DNA of 64,000 nt from Methanotrichaceae archaeon (GTDB lineage: Archaea; Halobacteriota; Methanosarcinia; Methanotrichales; Methanotrichaceae). The notes under the pieces are model-generated. The model made no database searches, was not told the DNA's origin, and worked only from the letters and a program-made list of their open reading frames with translations. Positions within the stretch are counted from its first letter, which is position 1, and every line of letters begins with the position of its first letter. Positions 55,591 through 64,000 of the stretch are shown here, piece by piece. Where the stretch lies: assembly GCA_963748825.1 (NCBI GenBank), contig CAVVKN010000004.1:1-64000 (forward strand). Reading direction: 5' to 3'. The translations under genes were made by a program, and so were the position numbers.

Positions 55591-56204
55591 AGAATATTGA
55601 AACTCTGATTAAGAAAGCAACGGAACTGAAGGCAGAAGGGCTGGTGGAAGGCCAGATCTCAGAGGAGCTGAATGTCTCCAGCGAGACGGTGACCTGGCTG
55701 CTTACTCATGCTGAGAAGACGAGCACGTCGCCAGGTCCCAAAGATATCTCCGTAGACTGGTCGATGATCGGCAAGAGCGCCTTTAGGCTGAGCCAGGTCT
55801 CTGAAGCCCTCTCAGATATCATTTATGAGACTTTGGACGACAACGACTGCGGCGTTGATGTCGTGGTGGGCATAGCCTTAAGCGGCCTGCCTCTGGCCAG
55901 CATGGTCGCCAATAGCCTGGCGGCTGAGCTTGCCGTCTACACACCCAGCAAGCAAATGCTCACCAAAGAGAGCGGCAAGGCGCGCGGCAACCTGAGCGCC
56001 AACTTTGCCGGTGTTATGGACAAGGAATGCATCATCATCGACGATGTGATTACATCCGGCAGCACTTTGGAGGAGACTGTCGAGTATCTGGACGAGCACG
56101 GGGCCAAGATCAATGCAGTCGCCGTCCTGATAGACAAGAAGGGCACGGACGAGATCGCTGGAGTGCCCGTAGTCTCGCTCTTAAAGGTCTTAAGAGTAAA
56201 TTAG
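55587..56204 (+). CDS. Orotate PRTase-like protein with N-terminal HTH (GfcR-like)
   Basis: I.EELNVS.ET..WLL HTH; IIDDVITSGST PRPP motif. Confidence 0.85.
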   Translation: MKNIETLIKKATELKAEGLVEGQISEELNVSSETVTWLLTHAEKTSTSPGPKDISVDWSMIGKSAFRLSQVSEALSDIIYETLDDNDCGVDVVVGIALSGLPLASMVANSLAAELAVYTPSKQMLTKESGKARGNLSANFAGVMDKECIIIDDVITSGSTLEETVEYLDEHGAKINAVAVLIDKKGTDEIAGVPVVSLLKVLRVN

Positions 56205-56326
56205 ATCAAGCCGATTATGGGATGGCCGGCAAAGACGGCCATTTATATATTTTCGTATGGATGTTTTCGACCTTTGGAAAGCCTTTTAGCATTCCTGATC
56301 ATCTTCCGCTCACAAGCTGATCAACT

Positions 56327-59053
56327 ATGTTCTCCGAGGATGAGTATCGATTAGACTTCTTCGTGGATGAGGGATTCCAGCGCAAGAAGTGCGACAAATG
56401 CGGCAAATTCTTCTGGACCAGGAACGGCGAGAGGAAGACCTGCGGGGACCCGCCCTGCGATCCCTATACCTTCATAGGCTCGCCCATATTCAAGCGCGAG
56501 CACACATTAGATGAGATGCGCGAGCACTACCTCAGCTTCTTTGAGGCCAGAGGGCACGCCCGTATCAATAGGTATCCGGTGGTGGCCCGCTGGCGAGACG
56601 ACATTTACCTCACCATCGCCTCCATCGCCGACTTCCAGCCCTTTGTGACCTCCGGGCAGGTGCCGCCGCCCGCCAATCCACTTACCATCAGCCAGCCCTG
56701 CATCCGGCTGGACGATCTCGATTCGGTAGGGCGCAGCGGAAGGCATCTCACCACCTTCGAGATGATGGCCCACCACGTCTTCAACACCAGGGAGAAAGAG
56801 CACTACTGGAAGGACCACACGGTGCGGCTCTGCGATGAGCTGCTGGTCGGCCTGGGCATGGACCCCCTGGCTGTGACCTATAAGGAGAATCCCTGGGCAG
56901 GCGGCGGGAACGCCGGACCCAGCGTGGAGGTCATGGTCGGCGGCCTGGAGCTGGCAACGCTTGTCTTCATGGACCTGAAAACCGCGCCCGGAGGGCCCAT
57001 CCAGATAAAGGACGAGTCTTACGAGAAGATGGACAACTACATCGTGGACACCGGCTACGGTCTGGAGAGGTTCGTCTGGGCCTCCAAGGGCTCCCCTACC
57101 ATTTACGATGCCATTTTTCCCGATCTGGTCAGAAAGGTGGCCGACCTTGCGGGCGTCGAGCACAACCTGCAAGATCCCGAGTACGCCGAGATCTTCGCCC
57201 AGAATGCCCGGCTGGCAGGCATGGTGGACCTGGACGAGTACAGCATGTCGGATCTGCGAGCTAGAATTGCGGGCAGCATCGGCATTTCGCCAGAGAAGCT
57301 GGAGAAGACCATTGAGCCCATGGAGCGCATCTATGCTGTGGTGGACCACACCCGCTGTCTGGCCTACATGCTGGGCGACGGGATCATCCCCTCCAATGTC
57401 AAAGCGGGCTACCTGGCAAGGCTGGTCATCCGTCGCACATTGCGCCTGATGAAGGAGCTGGGCCTGTCTCTGCCGCTGGCGGAATTGGTGGAGATGCAGA
57501 TCCAGCGGCTGGACTATTCGGATTGGCCGGAGCGCTTTGTCACCATCAAGGAGATCCTCGACCAGGAGGAGCAGAAGTACGCCGAGACCCTGGAGAAGGG
57601 CAAGCGTCTGGTCAAGAAGACGGCCGAGCACTTCAAAAAGATGGGCCAGCCCATTCCCCTGGTGGAGATGATCTCCCTTTACGACACGCACGGCATTCCC
57701 CCTGAGATCGCTCGCGAGTCGGCAGAAGAGATGGGAGCGACCGTGGAGCTGCCGGACAATTTCTACTCACTGGTCGCCAAGAAACGCATCCGGGCCGAAA
57801 AAGAAGAGGCCAAAGCCACCCTACCCGGCAAGACGGATCTGCTCTTTTACGAGCATCCCTTCGAACAGGTCTTCGAGGCCCAGGTTCTGGATGTTACGAA
57901 GGACGGCAGTGTCATTTTGGACAGGACGCTTCTCTACCCCGAGGGCGGAGGCCAGCCGACCGATCACGGCACTTTGGAGAGGGGTGGCCGGGTCTTTGCG
58001 GTAGTGGATGTGCAAAAGTCGGGAGACGTGGTGCTGCATAAGCTGGCAACGCCGGGCCTGGAGAAGGGCGACCACGTTACCGGCAAGGTCGACATGCGCA
58101 GGAGGCTGGCACACGCCCGTCATCACACGGCCACCCACCTGGTGCACGACTCGGCAAAGCGCGTTTTGGGCAAGCACGTCTGGCAGGCCGGTGCCCAGAA
58201 GAGCGAGGACCGGGCCCGTCTGGACATATCCCACTACAAACGCATCACCGACCAAGAGCTGAAGGCGATAGAGCTAGAGGCCAATCGGCGGGTGATGGAG
58301 ATGGAGCCGGTGGACACCCAATTCTTGCCCCGCACCGAGGCGGAAAAGCTCTTCGGATTTGAGCTGTACCAGGGAGGCGTGCCGCCTGGAAAGATGATTC
58401 GCGTGGTGCGGGTGGGCACAGATATCGAGGCCTGCGCAGGAACGCACGTCACCAACACGGGCATGATCGGGGCCATCAAGATCCTGCGCGCCGAGCGTAT
58501 CCAGGACGGCGTGGAGAGGATCGAGTTTGCGGCAGGTGAAGCAGCCGTGCGGGCCGGCCAGGAGCGCGATGATCTGCTCTCTGGAGCCGCAGACGTCCTG
58601 CGCGTGCCGAACGAACAGCTGCCCAAGACCGCATCGCGCTTCTTTGAAGAGTGGAAAGGCCAGCAGAAGGAGATCGAGCGGCTGAAAGAAGACTTGGCCA
58701 AGGCGCGGCTCAAGACCTTGATTGCTGAGGCCGAGATCATGGACGGCCTGAAGGTCGTGGTGCAAAAGATGGGCAGCGCCGACATCGATGAGCTTCTCAA
58801 AGCGGCGGCACTTTTGGCGGCGCAGGACTGCGTCGCGCTGCTGGGCAGCGAGACGGGCAAGCTGGTGGCGGCGGTGGGCCAGTCGGGCCTGGTGAATGGC
58901 ATCAAGGCGGGCAGCATCATCCGGGCTGCGGCCAAAGCCCTGGGCGGGGGCGGTGGAGGCAAGCCGGACCTGGCTCAGGGCGGAGGGCCCAACGTCGAGA
59001 AGCTGGACGAGGCCTTGAAGGCGGGAAGAGAGGCGATGAGGGCCGGGTTCTAG
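56327..59053 (+). CDS. alaS: Alanine--tRNA ligase
   Basis: RWRDD..LTIASIADFQP, HLTTFEM, DTGYGLER, HHTATH, CAGTH, GGGGGGK DHHA1. Confidence 0.97.
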   Translation: MFSEDEYRLDFFVDEGFQRKKCDKCGKFFWTRNGERKTCGDPPCDPYTFIGSPIFKREHTLDEMREHYLSFFEARGHARINRYPVVARWRDDIYLTIASIADFQPFVTSGQVPPPANPLTISQPCIRLDDLDSVGRSGRHLTTFEMMAHHVFNTREKEHYWKDHTVRLCDELLVGLGMDPLAVTYKENPWAGGGNAGPSVEVMVGGLELATLVFMDLKTAPGGPIQIKDESYEKMDNYIVDTGYGLERFVWASKGSPTIYDAIFPDLVRKVADLAGVEHNLQDPEYAEIFAQNARLAGMVDLDEYSMSDLRARIAGSIGISPEKLEKTIEPMERIYAVVDHTRCLAYMLGDGIIPSNVKAGYLARLVIRRTLRLMKELGLSLPLAELVEMQIQRLDYSDWPERFVTIKEILDQEEQKYAETLEKGKRLVKKTAEHFKKMGQPIPLVEMISLYDTHGIPPEIARESAEEMGATVELPDNFYSLVAKKRIRAEKEEAKATLPGKTDLLFYEHPFEQVFEAQVLDVTKDGSVILDRTLLYPEGGGQPTDHGTLERGGRVFAVVDVQKSGDVVLHKLATPGLEKGDHVTGKVDMRRRLAHARHHTATHLVHDSAKRVLGKHVWQAGAQKSEDRARLDISHYKRITDQELKAIELEANRRVMEMEPVDTQFLPRTEAEKLFGFELYQGGVPPGKMIRVVRVGTDIEACAGTHVTNTGMIGAIKILRAERIQDGVERIEFAAGEAAVRAGQERDDLLSGAADVLRVPNEQLPKTASRFFEEWKGQQKEIERLKEDLAKARLKTLIAEAEIMDGLKVVVQKMGSADIDELLKAAALLAAQDCVALLGSETGKLVAAVGQSGLVNGIKAGSIIRAAAKALGGGGGGKPDLAQGGGPNVEKLDEALKAGREAMRAGF

Positions 59054-59164
59054 CCCACACCTCCTTTTAAGTTAGTTGTCAGTATTAATTTGCGTGCCTA
59101 GCTTCATAGTCGATCTTATTTTTGCCATGGAGGATATTAAAAAAAAAGGGCACATACTTGCCCC

Positions 59165-60103
59165 CTATTGGCCGTTAAGGTTTTCTGAGATCTGCATTAC
59201 ACTAGAAATTGTTCCCAAATCTAGATCACTGCCTCGAAACGCATTCTTGAAATGGATTTCGATCAATGTTACGTTTTTCGAATTTCCAATATCCTTCTTG
59301 TAGCGATAGATTTTGTCTTCCACGGTGGGGTTGTCTTTGGAAGGTGACACGATCTTAGAGTCAACAACCTTGTCATCTTTCAGGAGGTCAAGATATACCT
59401 TGTTTCCATCTATGTCGATGTGGTTGATCTGTAAAACGTAACCTTCAGCTAATTTCAAAGGACGGTTCGTTGTTATGGTTTGTTCTTTCCTATCATCAAT
59501 GATGATCATAACGGGCTGCACTGCGTCTTTGATATTTGTTTTTGTTTCATTTGTTTCATTATATGTTTCTTCTTTTTTTGTATCAATTATCTGTATCAAC
59601 TTAAATGAATCGAGCGTTTCAGTTGCATTATTACCAACGAAATAAAGAGTTCCGACCAATTCCCGATACTTATCCAATTTAAACCAAAACTGCGTCATGT
59701 CTCTAAGCTCACCATCTTTATCTGTAGCCATGACTACAGATGCGTCCTTTCCAGCAATTTGACGACGAATAGGCTTGATATCCGTCCAACCGCGTACTTT
59801 CATGTACTCCTGAGTTTCCCTAAGCATAGACTCGCGATCGGAAATGGCGGTTACAATTTCATGTTTTATTATTGTGACTGTTCCCATAACATTATTCTTT
59901 TCGAGATCTACAGTTATAATCTCCATATTATCCTCATATTTCCCGGAATATGAGGTATCAAAGTCAAAATTCTGTGTTTCCTTATCCGCGAGTGAATCAT
60001 TTATATTAAAACTAACATTATAATATGCTATGGGGATTTCCACTTGCATTCCTGCCACTAACGAAGGAATCAGTGCTAGTAAAATAGCTATCCAATATTT
60101 CAT
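59165..60103 (-). CDS. Secreted protein with Methanosarcina-type S-layer domain
   Basis: Signal peptide; PLKLAEGY.L.I..IDIDGNKVYL.L.KD..VVDSK..IHFKNAFRG; low GC. Confidence 0.75.
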   Translation of the reverse strand: MKYWIAILLALIPSLVAGMQVEIPIAYYNVSFNINDSLADKETQNFDFDTSYSGKYEDNMEIITVDLEKNNVMGTVTIIKHEIVTAISDRESMLRETQEYMKVRGWTDIKPIRRQIAGKDASVVMATDKDGELRDMTQFWFKLDKYRELVGTLYFVGNNATETLDSFKLIQIIDTKKEETYNETNETKTNIKDAVQPVMIIIDDRKEQTITTNRPLKLAEGYVLQINHIDIDGNKVYLDLLKDDKVVDSKIVSPSKDNPTVEDKIYRYKKDIGNSKNVTLIEIHFKNAFRGSDLDLGTISSVMQISENLNGQ

Positions 60104-60380
60104 GTATATCACTAAAGGCCAATAGGAACTGATCCCTCAAAACCTTTTTCGTCAGAAGCTAAAAGCAAACCACCTGCCGGTTGGAAAAGATCTTGCAAGG
60201 CCATCCATCTGGTTGGCGCTCTCTTCTGCAAGGTCGCGAAAGGCCTATTCCTGCAAGAATGAATTTCTGGATGATCTCAAACGTTGTAGATTCTTTTGCC
60301 GGACTCACGAAAAGCATATCAAACCAAATCGCACATTTCATATCCTTTGAAGCCCGAATAGAATCCTGATATGTTCGCGG

Positions 60381-61833
60381 GTATGTGTTTAGCTGGCCAG
60401 CTTCTCGGTTAGCATTTGGAGGCGATTCAATCCTCTCTGTCCCCATGTTGCCAGTGTCGTCATGATTCGCTCATGAATCGAAGTTCCTTTGTCATTGCGC
60501 AGTGTGCCCAAGATCTTTCTTAAAACCACATGGGGTCGCAACGCTCTCTGCTCGATTATTGGTCGGCTCTACACCAGGATTAATGGTAAACGTGAACCAG
60601 TAGTCAAACCCGTTGTTGATTTTCCCGATGAATTTCCGGACTTTCTCGGCAGAGTACTCTTTCCTGATCCAGTTCCTGAGTGCTTCTCGCGCCAAGTAGC
60701 ATAGATATCTCCGGACTTCTGGCGGTGGATCGCTTTCCAGAGCTTTGGTTAGTGAATCATAAAGCTCCTTAAGCGCGTTATGCAAAGGAACAGCCTCCGC
60801 GAACTTCTTGGAAAGTTCTTTCGATTCTCGAAGTAGATGTGCCCAACATCGCTGAATGCGATTTGTGAACCTGACATAAGGTTTCCACCCGTCGCATACG
60901 ATTATTCCCTTGAATCTCCGAGTTAAGACTTCCGTCAGAACCTTCATGCCTCGGCTCTTCCGAATCACGAAAAAAGACTCCGATGGTGTGGAAAAGGTCC
61001 AGATCCAATGTCTTTCTCCCTGGACATGAATTGACGTTTCATCCACATACAGAATCGGAGCACCTCGAATCTTGTTTAAGATCGCATCATATTCCAACTG
61101 AACCGCATCAGCAGCGCGACGGGTTAAATCGAGTATCGTAGCAGGACTTATTTTCAGACCGAAGAGTCTCATCATTGCGTCTTGGATTATACGATGAGGC
61201 ATCCTACCATCATATTTTAACAATGTAGCCTGCGCAATTACATTGTTTCCGAATTTGCCTTCATGTGGACAATCTGGATTGCTTGCAATAACTTCTTTCC
61301 GGCAGCAAGGGCATATGTAATGTCCAATTTTGTATTCAGTTACAATGATCGGCTGAGGCTCAGGAATCTCTTCAATAATCTTCGAGTCTATTCGAAAAGG
61401 GGCGCCAAGATCAGCCCCGCAATCTGGGCAGAGATCCATTGTGACTTCTACCTGCCTATCCGGAGCAGCATAAGGTCTTGTTACACCTTTGTGGCCGATT
61501 TTTTGTCCTGGTTTTCCCTTGTCTTTCTTGTCCGGATCTTTTTTGCGATTGCGGCCACGTCTTAGACTTGGTGGGGTATGCGCATTCTCATATTGAGCTA
61601 ACCGGGCTTCAAGCTCGCAAATCTTTGCCTTAAGCGGCTCAATTTCACCTACTCTTGCCTTAAGCAACTCATTATCATGCTTTAATTGCTCATTCTCTTT
61701 GATAAGTTGCTCAATAATTTTTCCTTCGTTCATGCTCCCACTAAAAGATTTGTGCTATTATATTACTTAATTTTTCTGGTCTAATATATTCTATGTAAAT
61801 TTAGTTGAATCTACAAGAGAGCTAAACACATAC
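60381..61833 (-). mobile_element. IS66-family insertion sequence (single-ORF type), 1453 bp
   Basis: 14-bp TIRs GTATGTGTTTAGCT / AGCTAAACACATAC; 8-bp TSD GTTCGCGG at 60373-60380 and 61834-61841. Confidence 0.93.
60389..61733 (-). pseudogene. IS66 transposase, frameshifted near C-terminus
   Basis: Coiled coil, PPS, CPDCG, YVDET, CDGW, QRCWAHLLR, TNNRAE; adding AG at 60544-60549 restores RAERALRPHVV.RK..GT to TAA 60389. Confidence 0.88.
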
Positions 61834-61841
61834 GTTCGCGG

Positions 61842-62104
61842 AATACATCAAGACGGCCCTGGAAAAGGCACAGTACAAAATCATCGATAATGGCGACGAG
61901 CCATATTTTGTGGATGTTCCAGAATTGGATGGTGTGTGGGCGACAGGCTGCACTGTTGAGGATTCACGCCGCAATTTCATCGAGGCCCTTGAGGATTGGA
62001 TCGCGGCTCACTTGCTATGGAATTTGGCCCTTCCGTCGATGGGGAATCAGGCCGCAAGCATGCCCCTTCGGCAAAGCAAAAGAGAACCCATCTCCTCTTT
62101 TTGA
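61842..62104 (+). pseudogene. HicB-like antitoxin gene interrupted by IS66 (first 10 nt at 60371-60380)
   Basis: Removing IS plus one TSD gives MFAEYIKTALEKAQYKII..PELDGVWATG.TVED.R.N..EALEDWI (90 aa). Confidence 0.8.
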
Positions 62105-62148
62105 TCTATCCTCACATTTATATCAAAAGAGCATCCAATATCATCTTC

Positions 62149-62397
62149 GTGAATAATGAAGATCTGCTGCAAAGGATAACCATAAATCCCAAAGTAATGG
62201 TAGGCAAACCCGTCATCCAGGGCACAAGGCTAACTGTCGAGTACATCCTGGGACTCCTGGCCCATGGCACTACCATGGAGGAGATCCTGGAGGAGTATCC
62301 CGGCCTGGTGAAGGACGACGTCTATGCCTGTCTTCTGTTTGCCTCTAAGACCCTTCAAGATGCCTCCTTCGTTCCCGTTGCGGCCGAGGCCGTTTAG
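62149..62397 (+). CDS. DUF433 family antitoxin-like protein
   Basis: RITINPKVM.GKP.I.GTR..V..IL..LA.G....EIL..YP.L; TATA TTTATATC about 30 bp upstream of GTG. Confidence 0.88.
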   Translation: MNNEDLLQRITINPKVMVGKPVIQGTRLTVEYILGLLAHGTTMEEILEEYPGLVKDDVYACLLFASKTLQDASFVPVAAEAV

Positions 62398-62757
62398 ATG
62401 CGATTTCTGGTTGACGAGTGCGTAGGCCCTTCTGTCGTGCGCTGGCTGCGTGAGAATAATCATGATGCTACCTCTGCTTATGAGGATTGCCGGGGTTGGG
62501 AAGACGAAAGCATACTTGAAAAAGCCTACTCGGAAGGGCGCATAGTAGTAACCATGGACAAGGATTTTGGAGATATGGTCTTTCGAATGAAAATGCCTCA
62601 TTGCGGCATTATTTTGCTTCGCAGTGCATACTGCGGTCCATCTAAAAAGATCGCGATGATGAAAAAGATCCTATCACTCCCGGAATCGGATATCTCTGGC
62701 CGCTTTGTCGTGGTGACAGAGAATGCAATCAGGATCTCGGGAGCTATCACGAATTAG
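62398..62757 (+). CDS. DUF5615 PIN-like toxin
   Basis: MRFLVDECV, D..IL..A..E.RIVVT.DKDFG, GIILLR; abuts DUF433 gene. Confidence 0.88.
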   Translation: MRFLVDECVGPSVVRWLRENNHDATSAYEDCRGWEDESILEKAYSEGRIVVTMDKDFGDMVFRMKMPHCGIILLRSAYCGPSKKIAMMKKILSLPESDISGRFVVVTENAIRISGAITN

Positions 62758-62761
62758 ACTA

Positions 62762-63148
62762 TTCTTTACGGATTAGAAACGCCCGCCGAGGGAGATCAAG
62801 CAGCACAAGACCTTGATCGCTGAGGCCGAGATCGTGGAGGGCCTGAAGATAGTGGTGCAGAGGAGGAGCAGCGCGGACATAGATGAGCTTCTCAAGGCGG
62901 CGGCCCTTCTGGCGGAGCAGGACTTCGTCGCACTTTTGGGCAGCAAGACGGGCAAGCTCGTGGCCGCAGTGGGCCAGTCGGGCCTGTCGAAGGGCGTCAA
63001 GGCGGGGAGCATCATCCGGGCCGCGGCCAAGGCCTTAGACGGAGGCCGAGGAGGCAAGCCGGACCTGGCTCAGGGCGGAGGGCCGAACGTCGAGAAGCTG
63101 GACGAGACCTTGCAGGCAGGAAGAGAGGCGATGAAGGCTGGTTTATAG
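62762..63148 (+). pseudogene. alaS: Duplicated, degenerate alaS 3' end (DHHA1 domain)
   Basis: 92/110 aa identical to AlaS C-terminus by manual alignment; TGG->TAG and a 27-bp deletion at its 5' end. Confidence 0.9.
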
Positions 63149-63577
63149 CCCAATTACCTTTTCCCCGAGGCAAGAAAACTGTTCAAGCAGTCTGCACCAA
63201 ATCAATTTACCCGACCGAAATAGGCTTCGCCTGAAGCCTGTCGGCACGATATTTCTCCATGATCGCGTCAATCTGTCGGGAGGTCTCCGGCGAGAGGGAC
63301 GCGGCCTTATCTTAAATCTGGACTAATCAGAGCCGAATCTCGTAAATATTGAATTTTAAGGTTAAATCATTGAAACAAAACTTTTATAGCATGATTTGTC
63401 TTTAGCGGAACTTTCCTGTACATTTTATTGGCATTCAGTTCGATATTCCAATGTTTTAGAACCGTTCGTTCGGTCACATCTTTTTCTATCGTTCCAGACA
63501 TGGTGGTGCTTAGAGAATGTCGCAAGCGATCGAATCGCAAGACTCTCTCGATGAAAAAAGTTGCGAGGTATAAATAT

Positions 63578-64000
63578 ATGAAAACAAAGATTGCGTTAGC
63601 GGTTATGGCACTGGCTGTTGTCTGCCTTTCCATGGCTCCGGCATTGTCCGCTGGATGGGATTCGAACAATAAAGATAGATGCAATGCTTCCTTCCAGAGA
63701 GGTGGTTTTGATGGACCACATAACTGGATGCTTCTGGTAGATGATGCCACAAGGGAAAATTTCGAAAACATGACCTTAAACCAAATCAAGCAGCTGCGTG
63801 AAGAGAAGAGTGCACAGCTTAACAACATGACCTTAGCTCAGATTGACGAGCTTCGCCAAAAGCAGATGGATAAGCTCAATAACATGACGCTGGCCCAGAT
63901 CAAGGAAATGAAAATGGGCTGGATGGGCGAAATGGGCCCAGGCATGATGGGCGATGGTATGATGAGCAGGGGTATGATGCATCATGGCGAGAATGGCCAG
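63578..64000 (+). CDS. Secreted protein with NMTLxQI repeats and Met/Gly/His-rich tail (truncated by window)
   Basis: Open frame MKTKIALAVMALAVVCLS.. to window end; not in ORF track. Confidence 0.75.
   Translation, partial: MKTKIALAVMALAVVCLSMAPALSAGWDSNNKDRCNASFQRGGFDGPHNWMLLVDDATRENFENMTLNQIKQLREEKSAQLNNMTLAQIDELRQKQMDKLNNMTLAQIKEMKMGWMGEMGPGMMGDGMMSRGMMHHGENGQ

Larger units (their letters stand above)
59058..62761. mobile_element. Small accessory island bracketed by alaS 3'-end direct repeat
   Basis: Visibly AT-rich segment with IS and TA genes between 58640-59057 and its diverged copy 62762-63152. Confidence 0.65.

Noticed and set aside
56507-58962. Long antisense ORFs over alaS (and similarly over gyrB, srp54, mutS, traB)
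   Set aside because: Shadow frames from GC-rich codon bias; no motifs
60181-60369. 62-aa ORF upstream of the hicB-like gene as possible HicA
   Set aside because: No GSH or VP.H HicA motifs
62773-62775. In-frame TAG in the alaS copy as possible pyrrolysine readthrough
   Set aside because: Replaces a Trp codon in a decaying fragment with an adjacent deletion
63367-63828. 153-aa minus-strand ORF
   Set aside because: Antisense to the better supported plus-strand secreted protein from 63578

Overview
Chromosomal window from a methanogenic archaeon, most consistent with Methanothrix (Methanosaeta), Methanosarcinales-related. It carries ftr, F420-dependent NADP reductase, porCDAB, purO, thermosome, TFE, SRP54 and ABCE1, plus bacterial-type gyrAB and mutSL and a Methanosarcina-type S-layer domain. 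Most of it is housekeeping genes, with one tRNA-Cys. No CRISPR array or rRNA was seen. Main points for follow-up: (1) Several intergenic elements with a TATA box, a closing stem and a C/U-rich loop look like unannotated small RNAs. Two of them (38935-39008 minus, 44124-44192 plus) share their 5' and 3' stems and tail and expose anti-Shine-Dalgarno-like CCUCC motifs. (2) A four-gene cluster of secreted proteins encodes a beta-helix protein, two rhodanese-like proteins and a subtilisin. Both rhodanese-like proteins have lost the canonical catalytic Cys and carry a new CxxC, and three of the four proteins appear to share an Ig-like module. (3) A ~3.7-kb island with no integrase is bracketed by a diverged duplication of the alaS 3' end. 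It holds an S-layer-domain gene, an IS66 that split a hicB-like gene, and a DUF433/PIN toxin-antitoxin pair. (4) mutL is frameshifted at a G6 run, but other 1-bp indels in the window suggest assembly error is plausible. All product calls come from motif recognition, not database searches.
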